Source: Candidatus Nanoarchaeia archaeon (GTDB taxonomy: Archaea > Nanobdellota > Nanobdellia > Woesearchaeales > JANQNC01). From it: a stretch of DNA of 32,000 nucleotides. Numbering within the stretch: position 1 is the first letter of the stretch; the number at the start of each line of letters is the position of its first letter. The translations under genes were made by a program, and so were the position numbers. The stretch covers positions 990,001-1,022,000 of the forward strand of contig JANQNC010000001.1 in NCBI GenBank assembly GCA_028279745.1. The letters run 5' to 3'. Below are positions 6,599 to 15,058 of the stretch, piece after piece. The notes beneath the pieces are model-generated. The model was not told the DNA's origin. It ran no database searches and saw nothing but the letters and a program-made list of their open reading frames with translations.

Positions 6599-6979
6599 TT
6601 ACCTAGCAGAACCGAAAGCAGTCAAAGGAACAAAGAACACGCTGTCTTTTTCTTCATACTCTTTACGACTATCACCATTGCATCTAAGCAAACCATTCTT
6701 TAGATTGTTAATCCAGTTAAGAACTCGCCTAATGTTAGTTGCATCAACATTCTCTCTTTCTTCAACAATCCTAATAGAATCTAACCTATTAGATAGTTTA
6801 TCTAGGAATTTTAAGAAATCTGGAAGTTCATCGATAGGAACTGCATCATGTTCAACTAACTTTTCAATCTCTCTTAAACTTTCAACCTCAAATCTTTCAA
6901 TCTTATAACGCTTATTTGGGAGTCTTCTGACTAGTTCTTCAAAAGGTAATTCTTGATCCACCCCCAAATATTCTGTCAT
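6599..6979 (-). CDS. hypothetical protein (126 aa)
   Basis: Long ORF with SD gggggtg about 9 nt upstream and a TATA-like cctatatttaac further upstream. No recognisable motifs. Confidence 0.6.
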   Translation of the reverse strand: MTEYLGVDQELPFEELVRRLPNKRYKIERFEVESLREIEKLVEHDAVPIDELPDFLKFLDKLSNRLDSIRIVEERENVDATNIRRVLNWINNLKNGLLRCNGDSRKEYEEKDSVFFVPLTAFGSAR

Positions 6980-7238
6980 TTTTTGATAGCACCCCCTACT
7001 TTGATGTTAAATATAGGGGTAATAATTTATTTAATTCTTGTCCATATAAGACATATACCGTATATGGGGGATTTTTTGTCCTAATCTTGGCTAAAAAAGG
7101 TAAAAAATCGTTATTTTCTGTTATTTTTTCATTAAAAAATTTGTTATGTGCTGAAAGGGGTTTAAAAAGTGCTTAATTGACCGATAGTTACGTATGGCAC
7201 TGAAATGTTTATAAACATCAGAACCTAAAATTGCCATT

Positions 7239-7364
7239 ATGCCAAAAAGAACAGTAGTTTGCACTAGATGTGGAAAAAGATTTGAAGTAGATGAAGAGGA
7301 TTTAAGAGACAGTTATGTGTGTCCAGAATGTGAATTAAAAACATTTGAAGGTGTAAAGAAATGA
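7239..7364 (+). CDS. zinc-ribbon protein, 41 aa
   Basis: MPKRTVVCTRCGKRFEVDEEDLRDSYVCPECELKTFEGVKK has two CxxC pairs. TATA-like gtttataaac lies about 28 nt upstream. Confidence 0.55.
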   Translation: MPKRTVVCTRCGKRFEVDEEDLRDSYVCPECELKTFEGVKK

Positions 7365-7489
7365 GCCCTATGATGAAAATAATATGGCTTTGGATAATAA
7401 TGATAATCCTTTTTGTAGTAATATTGAGTTTGTTAAGAGGCTCTTTTACGGGAGGCGAGTTTTTACCTCCGCCAACAAACTACACTTAA
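7361..7489 (+). CDS. possible 42-aa membrane peptide
   Basis: An ATGA start/stop overlap links it to the zinc-ribbon ORF. The hydrophobic core is IIWLWIIMIILFVVILSLL. Its 3' end overlaps the kae1 stop and a GGAGG/CCTCC hairpin, so it may be non-coding. Confidence 0.3.
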   Translation: MSPMMKIIWLWIIMIILFVVILSLLRGSFTGGEFLPPPTNYT

Positions 7490-8454
7490 CACCAACAAAC
7501 TTCAATATCATCAGTTCTTTCATAAGGTTTGATAGAAGTATCTTTGGTTCTTACACCTGCTTCATACTCTAAGAGACCTAACCAAGCAATCATTGCACCA
7601 TTGTCAACTAAAACATCATTTGGTGGAACAAAAGACTTAGCATTTCTTCCTTCGCACATCTTATCTGCCATCTCTTGAAGACGTTTATTACAAGCAACAC
7701 CTCCTCCAAGAACTAACTCTTTTTTGTCGCAGTGTGCCATAGCTCTCTCACTAACTTCGATTAACATTGCAAAAACAGTCTCTTGTAAAGAGAAAGAAAG
7801 ATCTTCTTTTGAAACGCCTTTGTCGTATTGCTGTTTTAAGAAAGTCAAGATTCCCCCGAAGCTAACGTCCATCCCTTTAACACAATAAGGTATCTCAACA
7901 AACTTACCTTTTTTTGCTAGTTCGTAAATTTTTGGACCTCCTGGAAAACCTAAACCCATATACCTTGCAAAACTATCTAACAAATTACCTACGCCTTGAT
8001 CTAAAGTTTCACCAAAAATTCTATACTTGCCACCTTCATAAGCGATTATCTGTGTGTTCGCTCCAGAAGCATATAATAGAACTGGGTCCTTTGCGCCTGT
8101 TAGAAGTTTGCCAATCTCGAGATGAGCGATGCAGTGATTAATGCCTATTAGTGGGATATTGTTTATTTTAGATAATGATCTTGCCACAACCGCACCAACT
8201 CTCAAACAGTGACCTAAACCAGGCGATTGCGAGAATGAAATCAAATCTACATCTTTCATCGTGATCTTTGCTTCTTCCAAAGCTTGTTTGATCACATCTT
8301 TACAACAGTCAACATGGTGGTCCATAGCATCAACAGGTTTCATGCCGCCAGTTTCAGTAACAAACATATCTTTAGAATTAGCAATGATCTGTTTGTCTTT
8401 TACAATACCGACTCCAAAAGTGTGGGCTGTTGATTCTATTCCTAGGCATATCAT
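7486..8454 (-). CDS. kae1: Kae1, tRNA N6-adenosine threonylcarbamoyltransferase
   Basis: 322-aa ORF with GIESTAHTFGVG N-terminus, HCIAHLE metal-binding His pair and C-terminal GGGVACN. There is no Bud32 fusion. Confidence 0.92.
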   Translation of the reverse strand: MICLGIESTAHTFGVGIVKDKQIIANSKDMFVTETGGMKPVDAMDHHVDCCKDVIKQALEEAKITMKDVDLISFSQSPGLGHCLRVGAVVARSLSKINNIPLIGINHCIAHLEIGKLLTGAKDPVLLYASGANTQIIAYEGGKYRIFGETLDQGVGNLLDSFARYMGLGFPGGPKIYELAKKGKFVEIPYCVKGMDVSFGGILTFLKQQYDKGVSKEDLSFSLQETVFAMLIEVSERAMAHCDKKELVLGGGVACNKRLQEMADKMCEGRNAKSFVPPNDVLVDNGAMIAWLGLLEYEAGVRTKDTSIKPYERTDDIEVCWC

Positions 8455-8566
8455 GTCAGTGAGAGATTAAAGGTAGTATTTAAGAATTAACTGGAATGTG
8501 TGCTACTTCATAGTAATAAAATTAGAAAGTTTTATAAAGGGCAACAGAATCTTTTTTCTTAGAAAA

Positions 8567-9172
8567 ATGAAAATCTTAGCAGCTGGCGACATACACGGTG
8601 ATACAGGTCTAGCTTCAAAACTGGCTGAAAAAGCAGAAAAAGAAAAAGTTGACATGGTTGTATTATGTGGGGACTTGACACAATCAGAAGAGTCAACTGA
8701 GAACTTAATCGGACCGTTTGTAAATAAGAACCAAAAAGTTGTATTGATACCTGGAAATCATGAAACTGTAGCAACAACAGAATTCTTAGCAGAGCTTTAT
8801 GGTGTAGAAAATCTACATGGTTATTCAATCAAAGCAGGAAAGGTCGGATTATTTGGTTGTGGCGGAGCAAACATAGGGCTGTTCCAACTATCAGAAAATG
8901 AAACATTTGATTTACTTAAACAAGGATTTGAAAAGATAAAAGAGTTAGAGACAAAAATAATGGTGACGCATGTACATCCAGAAGGAAGCAAGATGGGAAA
9001 GATGACTTCTTTTTTCCCAGGGAGCACAGGGATTTCTAAAGCGATAGATAAATTCAAACCAGACCTTTTACTTTGCAGCCATGTACATGAAGCAGAAGGG
9101 ATGGAAGAGAAAATTGGCAAAACAAAAGTGATCAATGTAGGGAAAGAAGGAAAAATTATCGAAATTGACTAA
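8567..9172 (+). CDS. calcineurin-like metallophosphoesterase
   Basis: Motif series GDIHGD, GDL, GNHE, and the THVHP and SHVHE motifs. ATG 8567 (MKILAAGDIHGD) is preferred over the tracked start at 8498. Confidence 0.85.
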   Translation: MKILAAGDIHGDTGLASKLAEKAEKEKVDMVVLCGDLTQSEESTENLIGPFVNKNQKVVLIPGNHETVATTEFLAELYGVENLHGYSIKAGKVGLFGCGGANIGLFQLSENETFDLLKQGFEKIKELETKIMVTHVHPEGSKMGKMTSFFPGSTGISKAIDKFKPDLLLCSHVHEAEGMEEKIGKTKVINVGKEGKIIEID

Positions 9173-9239
9173 AGCATAGCTTTAAATATAACTTCTAAAA
9201 AAATTTCTTTAAAATTTGACATTTGGAGGAATGAAAAAA

Positions 9240-9440
9240 ATGGAAACAATGTACGCAGAAACAGAAATTGCAAGGACTGATCAAGGTACGGGTAGACATG
9301 GAAAGAAAAAATTGTTGCCTTATGAGACTAGAAAGGCAAATGAGACCTACTTAAATAATGTTTGTGGCAGAAGAGACTCTGATATTGGTATAATATCTAT
9401 CAAGAGTATTGTAAGATATGCAATGTGTTTCAGGAATTAA
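9240..9440 (+). CDS. hypothetical 66-aa ORF
   Basis: GGAGG lies 10 nt before ATG 9240. There are no motifs, and the composition is not clearly coding. Confidence 0.25.
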   Translation: METMYAETEIARTDQGTGRHGKKKLLPYETRKANETYLNNVCGRRDSDIGIISIKSIVRYAMCFRN

Positions 9441-9658
9441 TATTCTTCAACCTTTGGAACTTCTTCCTTTTCTTCTTCAACAACAGGTTCAGAGTTCATC
9501 ATATTTGCAAAACCTGCTAAAGCACTATCTGCAGGTTCGGGCTCGTCTTTCTTCTGATCCATGTAAGCTTTTTCAGTTGCAACATATCGTTCCAATAAAG
9601 CTATTGCATGCATGATGTCTTCCTTAGAATCTTCTTTTGTGTTGATTGTTAACTTCAT
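9437..9658 (-). CDS. acidic small protein (73 aa), last gene of the pilin-like operon
   Basis: SD gaggtgg lies 4 nt before the ATG. The C-terminal half is very acidic (EPVVEEEKEEVPKVEEY). Confidence 0.5.
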   Translation of the reverse strand: MKLTINTKEDSKEDIMHAIALLERYVATEKAYMDQKKDEPEPADSALAGFANMMNSEPVVEEEKEEVPKVEEY

Positions 9659-9667
9659 ATAACCACC

Positions 9668-9835
9668 TCATAAAAATATACTTACGATCTTGTAAAACAT
9701 GAAAAATAAGACAGCAGCAACTAAGGAACCTAAAACAGTATCAGTAAAACTTGCATTAAGCCAGTAACCATAGCTTAGAAATAATGCAAGAACTAAGATG
9801 AACATAACTTTTCCAATTGCGCCTTTACTTTTCAT
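9668..9835 (-). CDS. 55-aa two-TM membrane peptide
   Basis: MKSKGAIGKVMFILVLALFLSYGYWLNASFTDTVLGSLVAAVLFFMFYKIVSIFL. Its stop TGA is part of the SD of the next gene. It is below the ORF-track length cutoff. Confidence 0.4.
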   Translation of the reverse strand: MKSKGAIGKVMFILVLALFLSYGYWLNASFTDTVLGSLVAAVLFFMFYKIVSIFL

Positions 9836-9871
9836 TAGTTAGTTTATGGTGAAGTGTGTTTAAAAAACTTT

Positions 9872-10258
9872 CTAATCAACCCAGTAAAACAGCTTAACAA
9901 CGGCAGGAGAATAATTTTCTATGTTACCCGATAGTATTAATGAATCGGTGTGAATCCTTTTTTCAGGAAGATCTGTGGGGATGAAATTAACATCCTCATC
10001 AACTGCAACGATAAATGAACCCCTGTAAAGAGCAGGTAAGGAGTTGTTTATGAAAGACGTGGTGCAAGATTCATTGTTTTGTAATACGCAACCCCTAAAC
10101 TCTGAGTTAAACTCGAGATTAGAAAGAACATTTGGTTGAGGGATATCTTCCTGCGTGGCTAGTTGAGGTCTTGAAAATACAAAAACCAAGACACTTATTG
10201 TTAGAAGTATAGCAAAAGAAACTTCTAAAGTTCTCAAATAACCTTTTTTGTCTACCAT
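9872..10258 (-). CDS. archaeal type IV pilin-like protein (class III signal peptide)
   Basis: N-terminus MVDKKG/YLRTLEVSFAILLTISVLVFVF: a short basic leader, Gly, a Glu-containing start and a hydrophobic helix. It overlaps the upstream gene by 7 nt. Confidence 0.55.
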   Translation of the reverse strand: MVDKKGYLRTLEVSFAILLTISVLVFVFSRPQLATQEDIPQPNVLSNLEFNSEFRGCVLQNNESCTTSFINNSLPALYRGSFIVAVDEDVNFIPTDLPEKRIHTDSLILSGNIENYSPAVVKLFYWVD

Positions 10259-11481
10259 GTTCTGACAACCACCTCAACAGGGTGTAATATATTGAACTTA
10301 TCTAAAATAAAATCATTAAAAGTTGTGGCGTAAACATTAGCCAGATCATGCGGGGCTGATTGATTGTATGTATATATGGTGTTCTTCACAGTTGTATTTG
10401 TTATGGTGTTGTATGTTAAGTTTATTACATCAAAACTGAAATCATTTTCGTTAGGCAAGTTCCAGTTAGCCTTGATAGTTTCATAATCGGTTGTAGTTAG
10501 GTTGTTTAGTTTATCTAAAGAGAGCCCTTTATTTTCTATGGTGATGCCGAAATCATATCTGTTGGTGTAAGTTTCAATATCTTCATTTTCATGGGCAAAT
10601 ATTGAGTATGAGAAGTCAGAAACATCATTGAAAGAGAGTTCAACATCTAAAGAACTATTATCATAACAGAACGCAACATCTGCATTGGGGTTTAAGACTA
10701 GTGCAATATCATCATTTCCATCAAAATTAATGAAAGAAATATTATTTTTGGTTTCACAACCATCAACAAAAACAATATTTTCAGTTAAAGTGTTCCAGCT
10801 GTTAAAGTCTGAAGTAAGTTCCAGAGTAAATGAAAAATTAATGCTTTCAACATTTGTCTTGTCTGAGTTAACGTAACAGTACGTCCTTGAAAAATCATCA
10901 ACTAAGAAGCAAGAGTGATTAATTATGGAACTACTTGCCTTAAAGTTAGCCAATAAGCTGTCTTCGTAAAATGAAAATTCATTTGCGCCAAAATCATCAA
11001 AGCTGAAATCAGTTATTAATTGGTTGTTTTCATATTCTAAATCGTCTGGCATGAAGTTGTTGAATCCAACATCAAGTTTGGAGTTTGTGAAAGAGTTATT
11101 ATCTGCAGTGAAATCTTTTGTTAGGAAAGGTTTAGAGTAGTTCTTGCTTGAGTAGATTAAGTTTATGTAAGAAGAGTTTTCATTAATGAAAAATATTTTG
11201 TTATCTAAATATGAATGATACTTGGCTGTATAAAAATCAGAATAGTTGAATGGCAAGTTTGCAATAATTAAACTGTCATTGGTGTTAATAAACAAAGGGG
11301 CATTGTATACACTCCAACTTGCATCTTCAACAACGCCTTCTGCGACAAGAGCAGGAAATGAATCAGTGTGGGTTACTGGTTCAAGTCTTGGTCTCAAAAA
11401 CATAAAGAAAATCATCAGATAAACTAGAAAGATAGCTAGACTAATAACCCAATCTACTTGTGTACCTCCTTTTTTATTCAT
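10252..11481 (-). CDS. large Asn-rich surface protein with pilin-like N-terminus
   Basis: 409-aa ORF. The N-terminus MNKKGG/TQVDWVISLAIFLVYLMIFFMF is pilin-like; the rest is rich in N/S/T/D/F with many N-x-S/T sequons. Confidence 0.6.
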   Translation of the reverse strand: MNKKGGTQVDWVISLAIFLVYLMIFFMFLRPRLEPVTHTDSFPALVAEGVVEDASWSVYNAPLFINTNDSLIIANLPFNYSDFYTAKYHSYLDNKIFFINENSSYINLIYSSKNYSKPFLTKDFTADNNSFTNSKLDVGFNNFMPDDLEYENNQLITDFSFDDFGANEFSFYEDSLLANFKASSSIINHSCFLVDDFSRTYCYVNSDKTNVESINFSFTLELTSDFNSWNTLTENIVFVDGCETKNNISFINFDGNDDIALVLNPNADVAFCYDNSSLDVELSFNDVSDFSYSIFAHENEDIETYTNRYDFGITIENKGLSLDKLNNLTTTDYETIKANWNLPNENDFSFDVINLTYNTITNTTVKNTIYTYNQSAPHDLANVYATTFNDFILDKFNILHPVEVVVRTW

Positions 11482-11538
11482 GGTTTAGAAATAGTTTATA
11501 CAATTTTTAAAGGTTTGGTAATGGAAAAGAAATTGGCT

Positions 11539-11823
11539 TTATTCCTTAAAGCCTTTAGACTTTGCCCATTTCAATAGCTTTTTCCAGATCTTTTGTTCTT
11601 TTTCAAACTCTTTTGAATCTTGCTTGTATTTTTTCATCTGTAAATCGTAGTTTTTCATTCCTTTTTCCCATTCTTTGTATCCTTTTTGATACTTTTTCTT
11701 GTTTTCTCTGTAGTGGGTAATTAAGTCATTTACAAGCATATCAAAAGTCTTGCCTTTTTCAGCTATGTCTAATGATTCAAGTCTTTTCTTAGTTTCTTCT
11801 GCCAGTTTTATTGTTGTTGCCAT
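11539..11823 (-). CDS. ribbon-helix-helix (CopG/Arc-like) DNA-binding protein with Lys-rich tail
   Basis: MATTIKLAEETKKRLESLDIAEKGKTFDMLVNDLITHY fits a beta-strand/helix/helix RHH pattern. The C-terminal 55 aa are K/E/W-rich. Confidence 0.6.
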   Translation of the reverse strand: MATTIKLAEETKKRLESLDIAEKGKTFDMLVNDLITHYRENKKKYQKGYKEWEKGMKNYDLQMKKYKQDSKEFEKEQKIWKKLLKWAKSKGFKE

Positions 11824-11848
11824 AGTATACTGGGTATACTCAGTATAT
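11824..11848. promoter_or_regulatory. palindromic operator candidate abutting the RHH start codon
   Basis: AGTATAC-tgg-GTATACT is a perfect 7-bp inverted repeat (11824-11840). A third half-site AGTATAT follows at 11842-11848, and it is flanked by tatatataaac (TATA on the minus strand). Confidence 0.4.
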
Positions 11849-11916
11849 ATATAAACTTTTCGGTACTGGAGACTATATTAGATAAAAAATAGAAATTAAT
11901 CAAAAAAGGAAAATTA

Positions 11917-13113
11917 TTACTTCCTTACAGCTTTAGACTCAACAGCCGCTTTCTTAACTGCAGCAGATATCTTCTTAGTTACAATCTTATCCAAAACTGT
12001 AGGGATGACCCTGTTTCTGGTTGGCTTCTTGATGTAGTCAGCTAAAGCTTTAGCAGCAGCCAGCTTCATCTCCAAGTTAATTTCAGAAGCGTTAGCATCT
12101 AAAGCACCCTTAAACAAGCCAGGGAAAGCCAAAACATCTGAAATCTGGTTAGGGTAATCAGAACTGCTTGTAGCAATAACTGATGCGCCAGCAGACTTAG
12201 CAGATTCAGGACTGATTGCTAAGTCAGGTATAGACAAAGTAAAGATGATTGGTTTATCAGCCATAGATTTTATCATCAAAGGACTAATTACATTACCTGA
12301 CGACACGCCAATAAACGCATCAGCGCCAATCATCGCAGCTGCAACACCGCCCATCAACTTTTTAGGATTAGTGATTTCCGCAATTGCAGTCTTAAACTCA
12401 CCCATATCCGCTCTACCCTCATACAATAAACCTTTTTTATCAAGAACCAAGATTTCTTTGATGGGTTTAAGTTTTTTATTCATCTTGTGATAGTTAGCTA
12501 AGAAATAAGCCATGCCTAATCCCGCACTTCCTCCACCATTGATTACAACTCGCATATCCTCTAACTTTTTACCTATTGACTTGGCAGAGTTTATCATTGC
12601 AGCAACAACCACAATTGATGTGCCAGTACTTTTACCATGAACTATTGGGATACCAAGATCTTGAAGATTCTTTTCTAAAATGAAACTTTTTGGAGGTTCA
12701 ACACCCTCTAAGCAAATTCCGCCAAATATTGGAGCAACACTTTTTATGTGTTCTATCAATTTTTCAGTATCTTGAGAATCAATAGCTAAAGGAAAGGCAT
12801 TAACATCAGCCATTTCCTTAAATAACATACACTTACCTTCTAAAAAAGGTATGGCTGCAGCAGCGCCAACATTACCTAAACCAAAAACTGAACTGCCGTC
12901 ACCAATAACAGCAACAGTGTTTTGCTTTAATGTATAATCAAAAACTTTTTTCTTATGCTTAGAAATATCTTTACAAACAGTAGCAACTCCTAAACCATAA
13001 ACATCACTTAAATCAGAAGCATTCCTAACCCTAATCTTAGGCCTAACTTCCAGTTTCCCTTTCGCCTTTGAATGGGTTTTTGCGGCTCGTTTAAAAAGGT
13101 CCATCAAATCCAC
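11917..13113 (-). CDS. NAD(P)-dependent malic enzyme
   Basis: 398-aa ORF with GDGSSVFGLGNVGAAAAIPFLEGKCMLFK and the Rossmann-type VVINGGGSAG, typical of short malic enzymes. Confidence 0.9.
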   Translation of the reverse strand: MDLMDLFKRAAKTHSKAKGKLEVRPKIRVRNASDLSDVYGLGVATVCKDISKHKKKVFDYTLKQNTVAVIGDGSSVFGLGNVGAAAAIPFLEGKCMLFKEMADVNAFPLAIDSQDTEKLIEHIKSVAPIFGGICLEGVEPPKSFILEKNLQDLGIPIVHGKSTGTSIVVVAAMINSAKSIGKKLEDMRVVINGGGSAGLGMAYFLANYHKMNKKLKPIKEILVLDKKGLLYEGRADMGEFKTAIAEITNPKKLMGGVAAAMIGADAFIGVSSGNVISPLMIKSMADKPIIFTLSIPDLAISPESAKSAGASVIATSSSDYPNQISDVLAFPGLFKGALDANASEINLEMKLAAAKALADYIKKPTRNRVIPTVLDKIVTKKISAAVKKAAVESKAVRK

Positions 13114-13207
13114 CCCCTGAATTTTTAAAAAAGTAGCTCATAGGAAGTATTTAAATGTTATCAAAAACATTAGGTTTATATAGTATAAAATATCATGAAG
13201 TATAAAC

Positions 13208-13306
13208 ATATTTATGAGGTGATATTATATGAAGAAAATAGCTTTGATGACAACAGCATTAGCAACAGTTAGTATTGCATCAGCACAGTACGGCGGAATT
13301 CCTGAA
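13208..13306 (+). repeat. tandem duplication, copy 1 (99 bp; partner 13525-13623, 1 mismatch)
   Basis: The repeat runs from atatttatgaggtgatattatATG to ggaattcctgaa and covers SD, start, signal peptide, QYGG and IPE. The copies are offset by 317 bp. Confidence 0.9.
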
Positions 13307-13387
13307 ATAGGAAGTAGTGTTTTACCAGTTATAGGGTTGGTGGCAGTTGTTGCGGTGGCAGGATTTTTCTTAATGAAGAAAAAGTAA
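13229..13387 (+). CDS. mini-precursor: signal peptide + QYGG + IPE/TM/KKK tail (52 aa)
   Basis: MKKIALMTTALATVSIASA/QYGGIPEIGSSVLPVIGLVAVVAVAGFFLMKKK. SD gaggtga is upstream and an oligo-T tract follows the stop. Confidence 0.6.
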   Translation: MKKIALMTTALATVSIASAQYGGIPEIGSSVLPVIGLVAVVAVAGFFLMKKK

Positions 13388-13545
13388 TAGTATAATTTTT
13401 TTATATGCTTTTTTTTTATTTATTTTAGTATAGTTGTTACTTTGGTAATATAACTAGAAGTAACTTTCTCTAGTAACAAAAATCAAAACCTTTATATATG
13501 ATTATGCATCAAAAATGTATAATAATATTTATGAGGTGATATTAT

Positions 13546-13704
13546 ATGAAGAAAATAGCTTTGATGACAACAGCATTGGCAACAGTTAGTATTGCATCAG
13601 CACAGTACGGCGGAATTCCTGAAGTTGGCGGTAAAGTACTTCCAATCGTAGGTCTTGTAGCAGTTGTTGCTGTGGCAGGATTTTTCTTAATGAAAAAGAA
13701 CTAA
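13546..13704 (+). CDS. mini-precursor, second copy (52 aa)
   Basis: MKKIALMTTALATVSIASA/QYGGIPEVGGKVLPIVGLVAVVAVAGFFLMKKN has the same SD and an oligo-T tract after the stop. Confidence 0.6.
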   Translation: MKKIALMTTALATVSIASAQYGGIPEVGGKVLPIVGLVAVVAVAGFFLMKKN

Positions 13705-13758
13705 GGGTTTAATTTTTTTATTTCCCAACTTTTTTTATTCTCTAATCTTTTTTTTAGT

Positions 13759-14331
13759 TTATCTGCTTTTTAGCTTCAGGAACAGCCCTTTGAACACATT
13801 AAATCTAGAAGTCTTTTTCTTGTAATCTGAATATTTTTTACCGAAACGTATAGTAAGCTCTTTCTCTTCAGAGAAGGTTAAGATTATGAATAGTATAGAG
13901 ATAATTCCCGCTTCAACTATTGCAAAAAAAGACCAGAAACATATGGCTAAACCAACAAGGATGAAAGAAGTGCCAACATATATAGGATGTCGTACGTAGC
14001 TGTATATTTTGGTGTTAACTACCTTTTCCAATGGGACTAATATGCCTGTCTTTATCACAAACAGTGCATCTAGCATAATAAATACGCCTATGAAGAAAAC
14101 AACTAAGCCCCCTGCAACTATTAAGAGATCTGTTTTAATCATATCTCTTGAAGCCAGCCATAAGAAGAAAACATAACAAGTCATAACCAATAATGTTTGG
14201 AACCAAGCTATTAGCATCTGGATAATGCTTGAAGATCTTGGTTTAAACCAGTATATTATGGGGAAAATGATTCCTAAAACTATAAGAAAGTAAATTGATA
14301 CTACAACTAGATATCCTGGGTTTGCAATCAT
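13759..14331 (-). CDS. ICMT/PEMT-family membrane methyltransferase
   Basis: 190-aa polytopic ORF. YSYVRHPIYVG...EEKELTIRFGKKYSDYKKKT matches the RHPxY..G / EE..L...FG..Y..Y signature of isoprenylcysteine carboxyl methyltransferase-like proteins. Confidence 0.75.
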   Translation of the reverse strand: MIANPGYLVVVSIYFLIVLGIIFPIIYWFKPRSSSIIQMLIAWFQTLLVMTCYVFFLWLASRDMIKTDLLIVAGGLVVFFIGVFIMLDALFVIKTGILVPLEKVVNTKIYSYVRHPIYVGTSFILVGLAICFWSFFAIVEAGIISILFIILTFSEEKELTIRFGKKYSDYKKKTSRFNVFKGLFLKLKSR

Positions 14332-14346
14332 ATATTAACCTCTTTT

Positions 14347-15018
14347 TTAGTAAATAACTGTACCTATAAATGGTTTACTTATTAAACATTTCCTTAAATT
14401 AGCTAATCTCTTGCCATTTATTATACTAACCTGAATATTATTTTTTTCACAAACTTTAGCAGCTTCAAGATCTAAAACAAAATGTTGGCCTGCTTTATGA
14501 CCTATCTGCTTCATTATTTTTAGGAAGTCTTTAAGAGAGATTTGGGGTATTAATTTAGCACCTTTTAGCTTGGGATCTTTATCATACAGCCCATCTACGT
14601 TTGTTAAGTTAATGAGCATATTTGCTTTTATAATTTTAGCAATATCTGCAGCATCACCATCAGAGGTCATATTTGGCTTAAAGCCACCGCAAACTACAAT
14701 CTTATGTTTTTTTGTTAGTGATCTTATTTCAGATAGTTTGTTTGGCACAGGGCAGTTTGTTTTTAGATACTTTGAAACTAGGTATGCATTGAGTTTAGTA
14801 ACTCTAATGCCTGCCCAGCTTTTATCAGTCTCATTACTTTTTATCTTGTCTAAAGCGTTAATGTAATTCCTAGCAACATCTCCTCCACCCGTAACTATTA
14901 TGAACCTATTGTTTCTAGATAAAGGTTTAATTATATCTGCAAACTTCTTAATGTAAGATGCATCAATAGTGTTATGAGCAAATAATGAGCCTCCTAGAGA
15001 TATAACAAAAGTTTTCAT
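14347..15018 (-). CDS. pyrH: UMP kinase, archaeal type
   Basis: 223-aa ORF with ISLGGSLF, VTGGGDVARNYI and LTNVDGLYDKDPK motifs that align with archaeal PyrH. Confidence 0.85.
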   Translation of the reverse strand: MKTFVISLGGSLFAHNTIDASYIKKFADIIKPLSRNNRFIIVTGGGDVARNYINALDKIKSNETDKSWAGIRVTKLNAYLVSKYLKTNCPVPNKLSEIRSLTKKHKIVVCGGFKPNMTSDGDAADIAKIIKANMLINLTNVDGLYDKDPKLKGAKLIPQISLKDFLKIMKQIGHKAGQHFVLDLEAAKVCEKNNIQVSIINGKRLANLRKCLISKPFIGTVIY

Positions 15019-15058
15019 AATGCTAATCTTATTATTTCAGTTTAAATAAGTTTTGATA

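Noticed and set aside
7451-7470. GGAGG-N10-CCTCC hairpin downstream of kae1 as a terminator
   Set aside because: The stem is only 5 bp, the loop is large, and there is no clear T-tract on the kae1 strand. It also lies inside a possible small ORF, so the evidence is too weak to annotate.
13759-14331. Polytopic membrane protein next to the mini-precursors as the missing archaeosortase
   Set aside because: It carries the RHPxY..G / EE..L..FG..Y signature of ICMT/PEMT methyltransferases. At 190 aa it is too short, and it lacks the Cys/Arg/His pattern expected of archaeosortases.
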